Assembly: GCA_963737185.1 (NCBI GenBank)
Contig: CAVTRS010000010.1
Span: 240,368-272,367, forward strand
Length of the DNA: 32,000 bases
Source of the DNA: an uncultured Acidobacteriota bacterium
GTDB taxonomy: Bacteria > Acidobacteriota > Terriglobia > Acidiferrales > UBA7541
Reading direction: 5' to 3'
Below, piece after piece: positions 10,032 through 19,689 of the stretch. The notes under the pieces are model-generated. The model was not told where the DNA came from. It was given only the letters and a program-made list of their open reading frames with translations, and ran no database searches. Within the stretch, counting starts at the first letter, position 1; each line of letters begins with the position of its first letter. Position numbers and translations under genes: made by a program.

Positions 10032-10052
10032 GGGGACAGACGGGACGTTTTC
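10032..10052. repeat. Solo half-copy of the repeat core (GGGGACAGACGGGACGTTTTC)
   Basis: Exact match to the left arm of the 74-bp elements. It is intergenic, just upstream of the 8729-10003 gene. Confidence 0.85.
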
Positions 10053-10411
10053 TAGGGAGTCCCTCTCTTGCGGGAAAGCCGCAACGCCGCAACTCGCCGA
10101 ACGCACCCATCCGAATCAACCTCTGCCCTCCCCCCTCCCGCCAAAAGTGCCGATCGTGCATCGTTCGAATGACTCCGGATTTTCGCCCCCGAATGGCGCA
10201 GTCGATCTCAAATTAGAATGCATCTCTTTTCGGTTTCCAAATTGAGTGGAATGACTCATCCAATTTAGTTGTTCGGTTTTTCGGCTTCCTAATTTAGTTG
10301 AATGACCCACCAAATTAAGTCTCCCCGCAGAACCACTCACAATCTATTCCCATAAGCCTTGTATTTTCAATCGGTTACGGGGAACACGACCCGGGCGGCG
10401 CGTTCCCAACT

Positions 10412-11041
10412 TTATCTCTGGGAGAGCCAGACCACGGTGTGATCATCAACGGCCCAGGCGCCGTTTGATTTGATGAGGCGGGCATATTCGCCCTCGCCAC
10501 AGATGGTGCCGCAGGCCCGGCCGACATAAACAATTGCTTCCGTGTGGTCGCGGTTGAAACCGATCCGCGAAACCACGACGACGCCCGGCGAATTCGCGTG
10601 TTTTTTCATGAAGCCGCGCCAGGCGCGGTCGCTTTTTACGAGCGGCGCAATCTCGGCAATATCGAAAACCACGCAATCCGGCGCGAGGTGACAGGGCGAA
10701 GGGAGAAGTGCATGCTCTTTGTTTCGCTCGGTCCAGTCCTGTTTGGTTTCGGGTGAAAGGCGCGATAGGAAGCGCGAGGTCTGTTCGCTTCGCACATCGA
10801 CTTTGGTTACCAGGCCGGGAGGAACGCCGATGGAAGTCGAGCCAATCAAAATAATTGGACGGTCCTTGGACGGATTGTACAGATCCTTGAACACGGCCGT
10901 ATAAACGGCGGATTCATCACCGGTGAGCTGCGGTGCAGGCGCCGCTTGCGCAAGAGTGGATGGGCAGAAAAAACAGAGCACCAGCGCGCCAAAACAAATT
11001 TGGCGGATGAGACAAGTAAGGCGGCGCAAGAAGTTGCCCAC
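10412..11041 (-). CDS. Hypothetical secreted protein
   Basis: 209-aa ORF with signal-like 'FGALVLCFFCPSTLAQAAPAP'. No recognised domain. Confidence 0.55.
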   Translation of the reverse strand: MGNFLRRLTCLIRQICFGALVLCFFCPSTLAQAAPAPQLTGDESAVYTAVFKDLYNPSKDRPIILIGSTSIGVPPGLVTKVDVRSEQTSRFLSRLSPETKQDWTERNKEHALLPSPCHLAPDCVVFDIAEIAPLVKSDRAWRGFMKKHANSPGVVVVSRIGFNRDHTEAIVYVGRACGTICGEGEYARLIKSNGAWAVDDHTVVWLSQR

Positions 11042-11211
11042 GAAGCAATTCTAGCAGAGAGCGTTGTGCTAATCTTAGTGCACGCCGGAAGCAGCCGCAG
11101 CGCACCCAGACCGCAATGAAGCGCGATTGAGAAGGCTCCTACCGCACAGACCTGCCTACCGGCAGGCAGGATCGGAGTTCGGGAAAAAATTTTCGGGAGA
11201 GGATTGAATTC

Positions 11212-13392
11212 ATGAAACGTGCAAACAGGTCAAATCGGAAGCGCTTGGGCTTTGGACGCCGAATGCAATTTGCGATGTTCCTGGCGGCGATTGCCACACT
11301 GGGCGTGCTGATCTCGCACGGAGCCATGGCACAGAACGCTGGAAATTCCGGAGGAGCTCCGGACCCCATGCACGTTCCCGCGCCGCCGGTGACGCGAACG
11401 GACAATGTGGTTGACAATTATTTCGGGACGAAAGTGGCGGACCCGTACCGCTGGCTTGAGGATCAGAACTCACCCGAGACGCGCGCGTGGATTACGCGGG
11501 AAAACAATTACGCGGATTCCATTTTGAAGAATCTGCCGGGGCGCAGCGTAGTGAGCGCGCGGCTGGCCCAACTCCTGAAGGTGGATGCAACGGGTTTGCC
11601 CACCGAACGCAACGGCCGATATTTCTTCAGCAAGCGGCGCGCGGATGAAGACCAGGCGAAAATTTATTTCCGTCAAGGGCCCACGGGGCCCGACCAGTTG
11701 CTGGTGGATCCGCTGCCGATGAGCGCCGCGCACAATATCACGGTGGACCTTATGACGGTGTCGAAAGACGGGAGCCTGATCGTTTACGACGTGAGGGAAG
11801 GCGGCGCGGATGAAACTGTGCCGCATGTTTTCAATGTCGATGCAAGAAAGGATCTGCCCGACCAGCTACCCAAGGGCCTTTATTTCGGCGGAGACTTCAC
11901 GCCGGACAAGACCGGAATGTATTACTCGAAGCAATCCGGCGCGGGGCCGCGCGTCTATTACCACAAGATGGGATCGCCCGTCGCCAATGACAAAATTATA
12001 TTCGGCGAAGGATACGGGCCGGAAATGATCATCGGAGCGGGGCTGGCATCGGATGATGTGCACCTGATGATTCAGGTGATTTACGGCTCCGCGGCGGACA
12101 AGACCGAGGTGTACATGAAAGATGTTGTACACGATGGACCAATCGTCCCAATTATCACGGGTGTGAACGCGCGATTTCAGGCGGATATCGGCGGCGGCCA
12201 GATCTTCATCCAAACAAATTGGAACGCGCCAATGGAAAAAGTGATGGTTGCGGACGTGGCGAATCCCGGAAAAGATCACTGGCGAGTGCTGGTGCCGGAA
12301 AGCGATGCGCACATTGAAGGGACGACTTTTGTGGGCGGGAACGTGTGCGTGCTGTATTCGCGGAATGCGAGTTCGCAGATGCGAATTTTCGGGCGCGACG
12401 GCAAATTTATCCGCGAGGTTAAGCTGCCGACCGTAGGGACAGCGTCAGCGCTGGACGGGCGCTGGGCGAGCAGCGAAACATTTTACAGCTTCACCTCATT
12501 CTTCACGCCCGGCTCGATCTACCGCTATGACGTCAATACCGGCTCGCAGAGTGTGTGGTCAAAATCCGAAGTGCCGGTGAATAGCGACATGTTCACGGCG
12601 GAGCAGGTTTGGTTCAACTCGAAAGACGGCACTCGCGTGCCGATGTTTGTGGCGCACAAGAAGGGATTGAAGTTGGATGGCTCGGCTCCGGCTCTGCTCA
12701 CGGGATATGGCGGGTTCAACGTGAGCGAAACGCCAGCCTTCAGTTCCTCGGCGGTCGTCTGGATGGAGCAAGGCGGCGTTTACGCGCTGGCGAACATGCG
12801 TGGCGGAGGCGAATTCGGCGAAAAGTGGCATCAGGCCGGCATGATGGAGAAAAAGCAAAACGTATTTGATGACTTCATCGGCGCGGCGGAATATCTGGTG
12901 GCGCAGCATTACACGAACAAATCGAAACTGACGATTCGCGGAGGCAGCAATGGCGGGTTGCTGGTGGGTGCGGCGCTGACGCAAAGGCCCGACCTCTTCG
13001 CGGCGGTGGTTTGCGCGTTTCCCCTGCTGGACATGCTCCGATACCAGAATTTCCTGGTGGCGAAGTATTGGGTCCCGGAGTACGGGTCATCCGAGAAAGA
13101 GGACCAGTTCAAGTACATTTACGCCTATTCGCCCTACCAGCATGTGAAGGCTGGGACAAAATATCCGGGCGTGCTATTTCTAACCGGCGACGCGGATACG
13201 CGCGTCGCCCCGTTGCATGCCCGAAAAATGGCGGCGCTGATGCAGGCGTCGGCGGCTCCGGGCAGGCCGATCCTGTTGAAATACGATACGGAGGCGGGCC
13301 ATTCGGGCGGAACTCCCGTAACCAAACAGGTGGAGGATGCTACGGATGCGTTGATATTTCTGCTCTGGCAAGTCGGGGTGACCCCAAAATAA
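11212..13392 (+). CDS. Prolyl oligopeptidase (S9A family serine endopeptidase)
   Basis: The N-terminal 'DPYRWLED' hallmark is followed by a beta-propeller-length middle region. Also present are 'RGGGEFGEKWH', the catalytic serine motif 'GGSNGGLL', and the C-terminal 'GDADTRV' and 'AGHSGG' Asp/His regions. Confidence 0.9.
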   Translation: MKRANRSNRKRLGFGRRMQFAMFLAAIATLGVLISHGAMAQNAGNSGGAPDPMHVPAPPVTRTDNVVDNYFGTKVADPYRWLEDQNSPETRAWITRENNYADSILKNLPGRSVVSARLAQLLKVDATGLPTERNGRYFFSKRRADEDQAKIYFRQGPTGPDQLLVDPLPMSAAHNITVDLMTVSKDGSLIVYDVREGGADETVPHVFNVDARKDLPDQLPKGLYFGGDFTPDKTGMYYSKQSGAGPRVYYHKMGSPVANDKIIFGEGYGPEMIIGAGLASDDVHLMIQVIYGSAADKTEVYMKDVVHDGPIVPIITGVNARFQADIGGGQIFIQTNWNAPMEKVMVADVANPGKDHWRVLVPESDAHIEGTTFVGGNVCVLYSRNASSQMRIFGRDGKFIREVKLPTVGTASALDGRWASSETFYSFTSFFTPGSIYRYDVNTGSQSVWSKSEVPVNSDMFTAEQVWFNSKDGTRVPMFVAHKKGLKLDGSAPALLTGYGGFNVSETPAFSSSAVVWMEQGGVYALANMRGGGEFGEKWHQAGMMEKKQNVFDDFIGAAEYLVAQHYTNKSKLTIRGGSNGGLLVGAALTQRPDLFAAVVCAFPLLDMLRYQNFLVAKYWVPEYGSSEKEDQFKYIYAYSPYQHVKAGTKYPGVLFLTGDADTRVAPLHARKMAALMQASAAPGRPILLKYDTEAGHSGGTPVTKQVEDATDALIFLLWQVGVTPK

Positions 13393-13485
13393 TCCGATTT
13401 GGAATGTCCGATAATGTTTTGACTTTTGATCTTCAAAATTCATTACTTGGGGCCACTTAAGCCCAATCCCCCTTTGCGGAATTGC

Positions 13486-13514
13486 TTGACAGGCATGTGG
13501 TGTGCGGATACGCT
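13486..13514 (+). promoter_or_regulatory. Possible sigma70-type promoter for the DUF4383 gene
   Basis: TTGACA at 13486-13491, a 17-nt spacer, then TACGCT at 13509-13514, about 70 nt upstream of the ATG at 13585. This is a pattern match only. Confidence 0.3.
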
Positions 13515-13584
13515 TCGCGCCAATCCAGGGTGCCTACCCTAATCGACCCTGGCTTTGGACCCTAATCCTGAAGGAGGCCTGCAA

Positions 13585-13947
13585 ATGGGCAAGACCTACG
13601 CGGTTGTTATCGGACTTGTGTTGACCATTGTTGGAATCGTCGGATTTGTGAAGGGACCGGCTGGGATGATGGGGCTGCAATTCAGCACCATCCACAATGT
13701 AATCCACCTGGGCTCGGGTCTGATTGGCCTGGCGATGGGCCTCGGCGGCGGGGAAAAGGGTGGAAGGACGTATGCGAAGATTTTCGGCGTGATTTACACC
13801 ATTGTGGCAATCCTGGGTTTTGCCGGGGTGCCGGCGTCTCTGATGTCCATGCTAAATATCAACACCGAGTATAACGTGATCCACCTCGCCGTGGGCCTGC
13901 TTGGCTTGCTGGCTGGATTCATGGGCGGAAGCGACTCGGGTTCGTAA
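13585..13947 (+). CDS. DUF4383 domain membrane protein
   Basis: AAGGAGG lies 7 nt upstream of the ATG at 13585. Two repeats of the 'HNVIHLGSGLIGL / YNVIHLAVGLLGL' motif sit within four TM helices, as is typical of DUF4383. Confidence 0.75.
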   Translation: MGKTYAVVIGLVLTIVGIVGFVKGPAGMMGLQFSTIHNVIHLGSGLIGLAMGLGGGEKGGRTYAKIFGVIYTIVAILGFAGVPASLMSMLNINTEYNVIHLAVGLLGLLAGFMGGSDSGS

Positions 13948-13968
13948 GATCTTAAATTAAATTTCCAG

Positions 13969-14004
13969 CCCGGCCTTCGGATTCGCCGAAGGCCGGGATT
14001 TTTA
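13969..14004 (+). terminator. Rho-independent terminator
   Basis: Perfect 12-bp GC-rich stem CCCGGCCTTCGG / CCGAAGGCCGGG with a 5-nt loop, followed by ATTTTTA. It lies 22 nt after the DUF4383 stop. Confidence 0.8.
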
Positions 14005-14131
14005 CTCTGCGATACCGCTCTCAAACCAGCGCCCCGAAACCCCCTCCTGAGTAATGAGACATAATGCCCTGAGGTTGAGTATCGCTTCCCCAAACTCAAA
14101 ATTCTGAAATGTTGATTAGAAAAGGGGCGAA

Positions 14132-15193
14132 TTAATATGTGTGTTCGTGTTCGTCGCGCGGATCAACTTTCCCGGCAAAGCGACGATAAAGAAAGATGAA
14201 GTATCCCGATACGAGAATCATTCCGATGATCCACCACGTAAGGCCAATCCGCATTCCGTGCTCCGCAGCGCGCGAATTGTAAATCGTCAGAGAAAGATCC
14301 GGGCCTCCGCGAGCGGGGAGGACGTAAGGATACAAGCCAAACGCCGCGCTGGTTAACATGCCGAGGAGGTAGGCGCAGGAAGAGAAGAAAGCGCGGGCTT
14401 CTTTTCTTGGGGATGGCGCGCCGGAAATAAAGATGAAGACTCCGATCAACCCACCGACGGCGAGTGCTGGGAAAATGAATCCCCATACTCGGGAGGCGAG
14501 ATTGGCCAGGATTTGGGGCTGGACGCGGAAGGTAACCAATGTAATCGCGAGCGTGGCAATCGCGACTCCGATCGCGGAAAGTTTTGCGATGCGGCGCGCG
14601 CGCGCGTTCATTTCGCCTTCGGTTTTGTGGGCAATCCACAAGGCGCCATGCTGCGCCAGCGCGAGGTAAGCTGCGACGCCGACTAGAATCGTGTACCAAT
14701 CCAAGATGCCTGTATGGCTTCCCAATCGAAAATTGGTCCAGAGCGGCTCAAAAAAGTAGCCCTTGGCATCCAAGGGAACGCCGCGGACGACGTTTCCGAG
14801 TGCGGCTCCGAAAAAGATTGCGAGGAGCGCACTCGACAAACAGAAGACCGCGTCCCAAAAAGGCGCCCAGAGCGGGCTATCTACGTGATTGCGAAATTCG
14901 ATGCTGACCCCGCGAAGGATCAGGAGCCAGAGGACCATCATTAAGGGGAGATAAAAGCCGCTGAAGCTTGAAGCGTAAAGAACGGGAAATGCGAAAAAAA
15001 GTACGCCGCCTCCTGCCAAGAGCCAGACTTCATTTGCATCCCACACCGGGCCGATGGAAGCGAGAACCGCGCGACGTTCGGCGTCGGTCCGCGCAACCCC
15101 CAGGTGCACAATGCCGGCACCGATGTCGAAGCCATCCAGCAGAACATAAATGGCTACCATCACCGCGACCAGGCAGAACCATAGAGTTGGCAT
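14132..15193 (-). CDS. cydB: Cytochrome bd ubiquinol oxidase subunit II
   Basis: 'MPTLWFCLVAVMVAIYVLLDGFDIGAG' is the canonical CydB N-terminus. The product is polytopic. The start at 15193 is 10 nt after the cydA stop and has a GAGGA Shine-Dalgarno. The longer ORF to 15316 overlaps cydA and was rejected. Confidence 0.9.
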   Translation of the reverse strand: MPTLWFCLVAVMVAIYVLLDGFDIGAGIVHLGVARTDAERRAVLASIGPVWDANEVWLLAGGGVLFFAFPVLYASSFSGFYLPLMMVLWLLILRGVSIEFRNHVDSPLWAPFWDAVFCLSSALLAIFFGAALGNVVRGVPLDAKGYFFEPLWTNFRLGSHTGILDWYTILVGVAAYLALAQHGALWIAHKTEGEMNARARRIAKLSAIGVAIATLAITLVTFRVQPQILANLASRVWGFIFPALAVGGLIGVFIFISGAPSPRKEARAFFSSCAYLLGMLTSAAFGLYPYVLPARGGPDLSLTIYNSRAAEHGMRIGLTWWIIGMILVSGYFIFLYRRFAGKVDPRDEHEHTY

Positions 15194-15203
15194 AGTCAAA
15201 TCC

Positions 15204-16580
15204 TCATGGCGCGGCGGCGATTGCCGAGTTCGCAGGAGCGGGCCCGCGATCAATTTCTCGATAAACCAAGAAAAGGAAAAGGATTCCCAGGACGGCGTAC
15301 ATTCCGAGAAAACCAATCAAAGTGAACCAGACGTTACCCGCTGAAACCAACGGTGAGACGCCGGCGGGGGTGCGCATCAATCCATAAATGAGCCATGGTT
15401 GGCGGCCCACCTCCGCGGTGATCCATCCCGCTGTGTTCGCGATATACGGAAACGGAAGAGAAAGCAGCAGAATCCAAAGCATCCAGCGCGCGCGGTAGAG
15501 CGCACCCCTCCACAAAAGAAACGCGGCGACCACCATCACAGCGATGAAGATTGTCCCGAGACCGACCATAACGTGGTAGCTGTAGTAAAGGAGCGGGACG
15601 CTGTCCGGCCATTCGGTTTGAGGGAACTGGTCGAGGCCTCGCACTTTCGCGGACCAGGACCGGTAAGTGAGGAAGCTGAGGACATCGGGCAGGATCAGCG
15701 GATTATCCATGCGGCGATTTTCCATATCGGGCTGACCGAGGATTGCGAGGGGCGCGCCGTCTTTCGTTTCAAAGAGGCCTTCCATGGCAGCAAGAGTCGG
15801 CGGTTGGGTCGCTGCGATCATCTTGCCTTGCGCGTCGCCGGTGGGGAAAAGTTGGAGGATTGCCGCGATGACTCCCACGGTGACGCCGGTTCGAATGAAG
15901 AGCCGGGCGGAGTCCTCATGCTTGCGGGAAAGCAAATAGAAGGCGCCGATGGAGGCCATGACGAAGCATCCAGTCTGCACAGCGCCGAGCATGTTGTGCG
16001 CGTATTGCCAGAGCGCCCAGTGATTCAGCAACAGGCCCCAGAAACTTGCGAGCGAAAAACTGTTACCGGGGCCAATCGAGTACGCGACGGGGTGCTGCAT
16101 CCAGGCGTCAGTGGCGATGATAAGGTAGCCGGAAAGCCACGAGCCGAGCCAAACCAAGAAGGTCGCCAGCCAGTGGCCTTTTTGTCCGAGTCGCTTTTCA
16201 CCGAATAGCATCAGGCCAAGGAAACTTGATTCGAGGAAAAACGAAAAGACTCCCTCCATAGCCAGAGTTTGTCCGATTACGCCGCCAGCGGAGCGGGAGA
16301 ACTGCGCCCAATTCGTGCCAAATTGAAATTCCATCGGGATCCCGGTGACAACGCCGAGTGCGAAATTGATGGCGAAGATTCGCGCCCAAAAACGGACGGC
16401 GCGGTTGTATTTTTCGTCACCCGTGCGCAGGGCAAGAGTTTTCAGAATAAGAAGAAGCAGGGATAGACCCATCGTGAGTTGAGGAAAAATATAATGAAAC
16501 GTGACGGTGAAAGCGAAATGGATGCGATGGGCGATTAGAGCGTCTTGCATTTTTTCCAGCTTCGGCTGAACCCCGGCCAA
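15204..16580 (-). CDS. cydA: Cytochrome bd ubiquinol oxidase subunit I
   Basis: 'RIHFAFTVTFHYIFPQLTMGL', 'GVVTGIPMEFQFGTNW' and 'GWITAEVGRQPW' are conserved CydA motifs. The start may instead be Met11 at 16550. Confidence 0.9.
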   Translation of the reverse strand: MAGVQPKLEKMQDALIAHRIHFAFTVTFHYIFPQLTMGLSLLLLILKTLALRTGDEKYNRAVRFWARIFAINFALGVVTGIPMEFQFGTNWAQFSRSAGGVIGQTLAMEGVFSFFLESSFLGLMLFGEKRLGQKGHWLATFLVWLGSWLSGYLIIATDAWMQHPVAYSIGPGNSFSLASFWGLLLNHWALWQYAHNMLGAVQTGCFVMASIGAFYLLSRKHEDSARLFIRTGVTVGVIAAILQLFPTGDAQGKMIAATQPPTLAAMEGLFETKDGAPLAILGQPDMENRRMDNPLILPDVLSFLTYRSWSAKVRGLDQFPQTEWPDSVPLLYYSYHVMVGLGTIFIAVMVVAAFLLWRGALYRARWMLWILLLSLPFPYIANTAGWITAEVGRQPWLIYGLMRTPAGVSPLVSAGNVWFTLIGFLGMYAVLGILFLFLVYREIDRGPAPANSAIAAAP

Positions 16581-16755
16581 GTCCGCTGGATTGCGAGTTT
16601 ATTCCCGTAAATAAAGGAGCGCAACGCTTGATGCGTGGGCCGGAGCGGCTTGGCATTGCGCGCGGGACGTGCCATGATTCGCAGCATTCACGGCTGAACC
16701 CAAATGATTGCAATTGATTGTTTCAGAAATTTTGCCTAACGGAGAATCAACGACC

Positions 16756-18813
16756 ATGAAACGCCACATCGTTGCCATGTGCCCTGTGCTGTGCATTGCG
16801 ATTCTTGCTCTTGCGCCGCTTGCGAATGCCCAGGCGAAGCACGCCATCACATTCGATGACATGATTTCGATGCAGCGCGTGAGCGATCCGCATGCATCGC
16901 CGGATGGAAAATGGGTTGCCTTCACGGTCACAACGCCGGATATGGACGCGAACCGAAACGCGTCAAACATCTGGCTGATCCCCGCCACCGGCGGCGAGGC
17001 GACGGCTTTAACGCGAAGCGGACACGACAATTCTCCGCAATGGTCGCCCGACGGCAAGCAGATCGCATTTCTTTCTTCGCGGGACGGCGAGTCGGAAATT
17101 TATTTGATCTCCGTGGGTGGCGGCGAGGCAACAAAGCTTACGAGCATTTCCACCGGCGTGGACAATTTTTATTGGTCGCCGGATGGAAAATCGTTTGCGT
17201 TCACGACCGGCGTCTTTCCGGATTGCTCTGACGACGCATGCAACAAGAAGCGTCTCGACGATGCGGCGAAAAGCAAAGTGAAGGCGCGCGTGTATGACCA
17301 TCTGCTCTATCGCCATTGGACACACTGGAACGATGGACGGCGCAGCCACCTTTTTGTGATGCCCGCCGCAGGCGGCGCGGCGCGCGATTTGACGCCGGGC
17401 GCGGATTACGATGTGCCTCCGGATTATCGCGGCGATGTGACCGACATAGCGTTTTCACCGGATGGCCGCGAACTTTGCTTTGTTGCCGTGACCGATCCGA
17501 TGGAGGCGATCAGCACGAATGGCGATTTGTTCACCGTGCCCACGGATGGTTCCTCGGCGCCGAAGCGAATCACGCAGAATCCCGGATATGACGGGCACCC
17601 GGTCTATTCGCCGGATGGCAAAAGCATCGCGTATCGCGCGCAACTTACGGCGGAGTATGAGGCGGACCGCTGGCGGCTGATGCTTTACGACCGCGCGAGC
17701 GGGAAAATCACAAATCTGACCGAGGGCTACGACCGCAGCGTGGACAATATGACGTGGTCCGCGAATAGCCGGACGATTTATTTCACGGCGGAAGAGCACG
17801 CCGAATCACCGATTTGCGCGATTGATGCGATGGAAGGCGCAAGCCCACGCGTGCTTGTGGGAGATGGATTTAACGGAGAGCTTTCGCTCGGCGGAAATGG
17901 ACGGACTTTTATTTTTAAGCGGTCGAGTCTGACGATGCCCGCGGAAGTGTTTACGGTTGGCATCGCTGGCGGGCGCGCGCGGCAACTGACGCACTTGAAT
18001 GACGCGCGGCTGGCGCAACTTGATCTCGGCGCACCGGAATGGTTTTGGTTCGAAGGCGCGGGAGGGACAAAGGTCGAAGGGGGTGTGATTCGTCCGCCGC
18101 ATTTCGATGCATCGCACAAATACCCGACGCTTTTTCTGATTCACGGCGGGCCGCAAGGCGCGTGGGAGGACAACTGGGGTTATCGCTGGAACCAGCAAAT
18201 GTTTGCTTCACCGGGATATGTGGTGGTGTTCGTGAATCCGCGCGGCTCGACGGGATACGGCCAGAAATTTACGGATGAAATCACGGACGACTGGGGCGGC
18301 AAAGTGTACGAGGATTTGATGAAGGGGCTCGACTACGCGATCGCCAATTACAAATTTATTGACGCGGATCGTGTCGCGGCCGCGGGCGGCTCGTATGGCG
18401 GATACATGATTGATTGGATTGCCGGGCACACCGGGCGCTTCAAGGCGCTGATCAGCCACGCGGGGCCGTACGACAATGTGAGTATGTATGGCGCGACGGA
18501 GGAGCTTTGGTTCGTGGAGCACGATCTGGCAGGCGAGCCGTGGACGAATCCAGAGAGCTATCGCAAGTGGTCCCCTTCCACATATGCGGCGGAATTTGGG
18601 AAATATAAGACGCCGACTCTTGTGATCGACGGCGAAATGGATTACCGCGTCCCGTACACGCAGGGGCTGGAATTTTTTACGGCGCTGCAGCGGCAGGGCG
18701 TGCCGTCGAAGCTCGTGATCTTCCCGGATGAGGGGCATTGGATTTTGAAGCCGCAGAATAGCGAACTCTGGTACAAGCTATTTCTGGATTGGCTGGGGAA
18801 ATATTTGAAGTAG
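16756..18813 (+). CDS. S9 family serine peptidase (acylaminoacyl-peptidase/dipeptidyl-peptidase-like, beta-propeller plus alpha/beta hydrolase)
   Basis: GGAGA Shine-Dalgarno before the ATG at 16756. Signal peptide 'MKRHIVAMCPVLCIAILALAPLANAQA'. Repeated 'SPDGK' propeller blades. Catalytic 'GGSYGGYM'. 'DGEMDYRVP' and 'DEGHW' supply the Asp and His. Confidence 0.9.
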   Translation: MKRHIVAMCPVLCIAILALAPLANAQAKHAITFDDMISMQRVSDPHASPDGKWVAFTVTTPDMDANRNASNIWLIPATGGEATALTRSGHDNSPQWSPDGKQIAFLSSRDGESEIYLISVGGGEATKLTSISTGVDNFYWSPDGKSFAFTTGVFPDCSDDACNKKRLDDAAKSKVKARVYDHLLYRHWTHWNDGRRSHLFVMPAAGGAARDLTPGADYDVPPDYRGDVTDIAFSPDGRELCFVAVTDPMEAISTNGDLFTVPTDGSSAPKRITQNPGYDGHPVYSPDGKSIAYRAQLTAEYEADRWRLMLYDRASGKITNLTEGYDRSVDNMTWSANSRTIYFTAEEHAESPICAIDAMEGASPRVLVGDGFNGELSLGGNGRTFIFKRSSLTMPAEVFTVGIAGGRARQLTHLNDARLAQLDLGAPEWFWFEGAGGTKVEGGVIRPPHFDASHKYPTLFLIHGGPQGAWEDNWGYRWNQQMFASPGYVVVFVNPRGSTGYGQKFTDEITDDWGGKVYEDLMKGLDYAIANYKFIDADRVAAAGGSYGGYMIDWIAGHTGRFKALISHAGPYDNVSMYGATEELWFVEHDLAGEPWTNPESYRKWSPSTYAAEFGKYKTPTLVIDGEMDYRVPYTQGLEFFTALQRQGVPSKLVIFPDEGHWILKPQNSELWYKLFLDWLGKYLK

Positions 18814-18829
18814 CGGCGCCGGTAAATTA

Positions 18830-19429
18830 TTACGGCCGGTGGCCGGCGTGATGGCCGCGTGTGAAGAGGCCGACGCCGATGCGGGCTTGGATGGTGTTGA
18901 CACCCGGATTAAGAGTTGTGAGGCCAGCGTCGGAGATGTGCAGATAGCGCACCTCGACATTCCAATTGAATTTGCGGCCGAGGAAATGGATCCCAAGCGC
19001 GCCCTGTGGAGTGAAATTCACGCGCGAAATCCCCGAAGGGACGGTTTGATTCGTAAACAGGACGCCGCCTGCGATTTCGAAATAAGGCACAATGCGGCGG
19101 TCGGACTCAAAATCCCATTTCAATACCACGGGATCGAACGATGCGCCGTACGCGATGTTCTTCGGCTGAAACACTACGAAGGCCGGCACAACATCAACGG
19201 CAAATTCAAATTTGCCCCGGAGCACGCCGGGCCCGTGCGGGTTGGTGAGGATCCATCCGAGCCGCGCGCCCGTGGTCCACACGCCCGTGTTGGTGATGCC
19301 GCCCCACGAACTGTACCCGCCGCCCGTCCAAACCTGGAATTCATGGCCGCCCTGATCCGGACGCGCCTGTGAGAATGCGCCCGGGGCGCAGAGCAGGACT
19401 GTCAGGATGGAGCCTATTAGCAATTTCAT
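18830..19429 (-). CDS. Acyloxyacyl hydrolase (PagL-like lipid A deacylase family outer-membrane beta-barrel)
   Basis: Signal peptide 'MKLLIGSILTVLLCAPGAFSQA'. The C-terminal 'VEVRYLHISDAGLTTLNPGVNTIQARIGVGLF' resembles the His-x-Ser active-site strand of the PagL family. Confidence 0.65.
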   Translation of the reverse strand: MKLLIGSILTVLLCAPGAFSQARPDQGGHEFQVWTGGGYSSWGGITNTGVWTTGARLGWILTNPHGPGVLRGKFEFAVDVVPAFVVFQPKNIAYGASFDPVVLKWDFESDRRIVPYFEIAGGVLFTNQTVPSGISRVNFTPQGALGIHFLGRKFNWNVEVRYLHISDAGLTTLNPGVNTIQARIGVGLFTRGHHAGHRP

Positions 19430-19689
19430 TTTCGTTTCGCCGGGGGCCGGTTTGAAATAACTCCGTTTGGGCGGCAGCCAAATTCACGATACCCGAAGTC
19501 GCGGCACGGGGCAATTTATTTGGATGCAACGGGCTGGCGCGTCTGGCGGTCGGCTGACCAAATTTGCTCTGCAAGCCGATCGACTCCCCCTTCATAAAGG
19601 GCGGAATACCCGGCCCCGGTGTGGACACCTAACCCCATTTGTGCTAAAAAGCGTCCCCCCGATTGCATTGCGGGAAGACAGGGTGGGTT

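Noticed and set aside
338-10052. Possibility that the recurring 21-bp core is a CRISPR array
   Set aside because: The copies are kilobases apart and appear in both orientations. They form inverted pairs and are separated by genes rather than by uniform short spacers. There are no cas genes.
99-18738. Many long antisense or alternative-frame ORFs, for example 99-395, 677-1015, 14163-14699, 15399-16208, 17455-18198 and 18208-18738
   Set aside because: They lie opposite or out of frame to genes with clear family motifs. They have Arg/Pro/Gly/Ala-biased, low-complexity translations, as expected from high-GC DNA.
11212-18813. Two S9-family peptidases flanking cydAB, considered as a possible functional cluster
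   Set aside because: They are on the same strand as each other but opposite to cydAB, and are separated from it by independent promoter and terminator signals. S9 peptidases are abundant in this kind of genome, so the proximity is likely coincidental.
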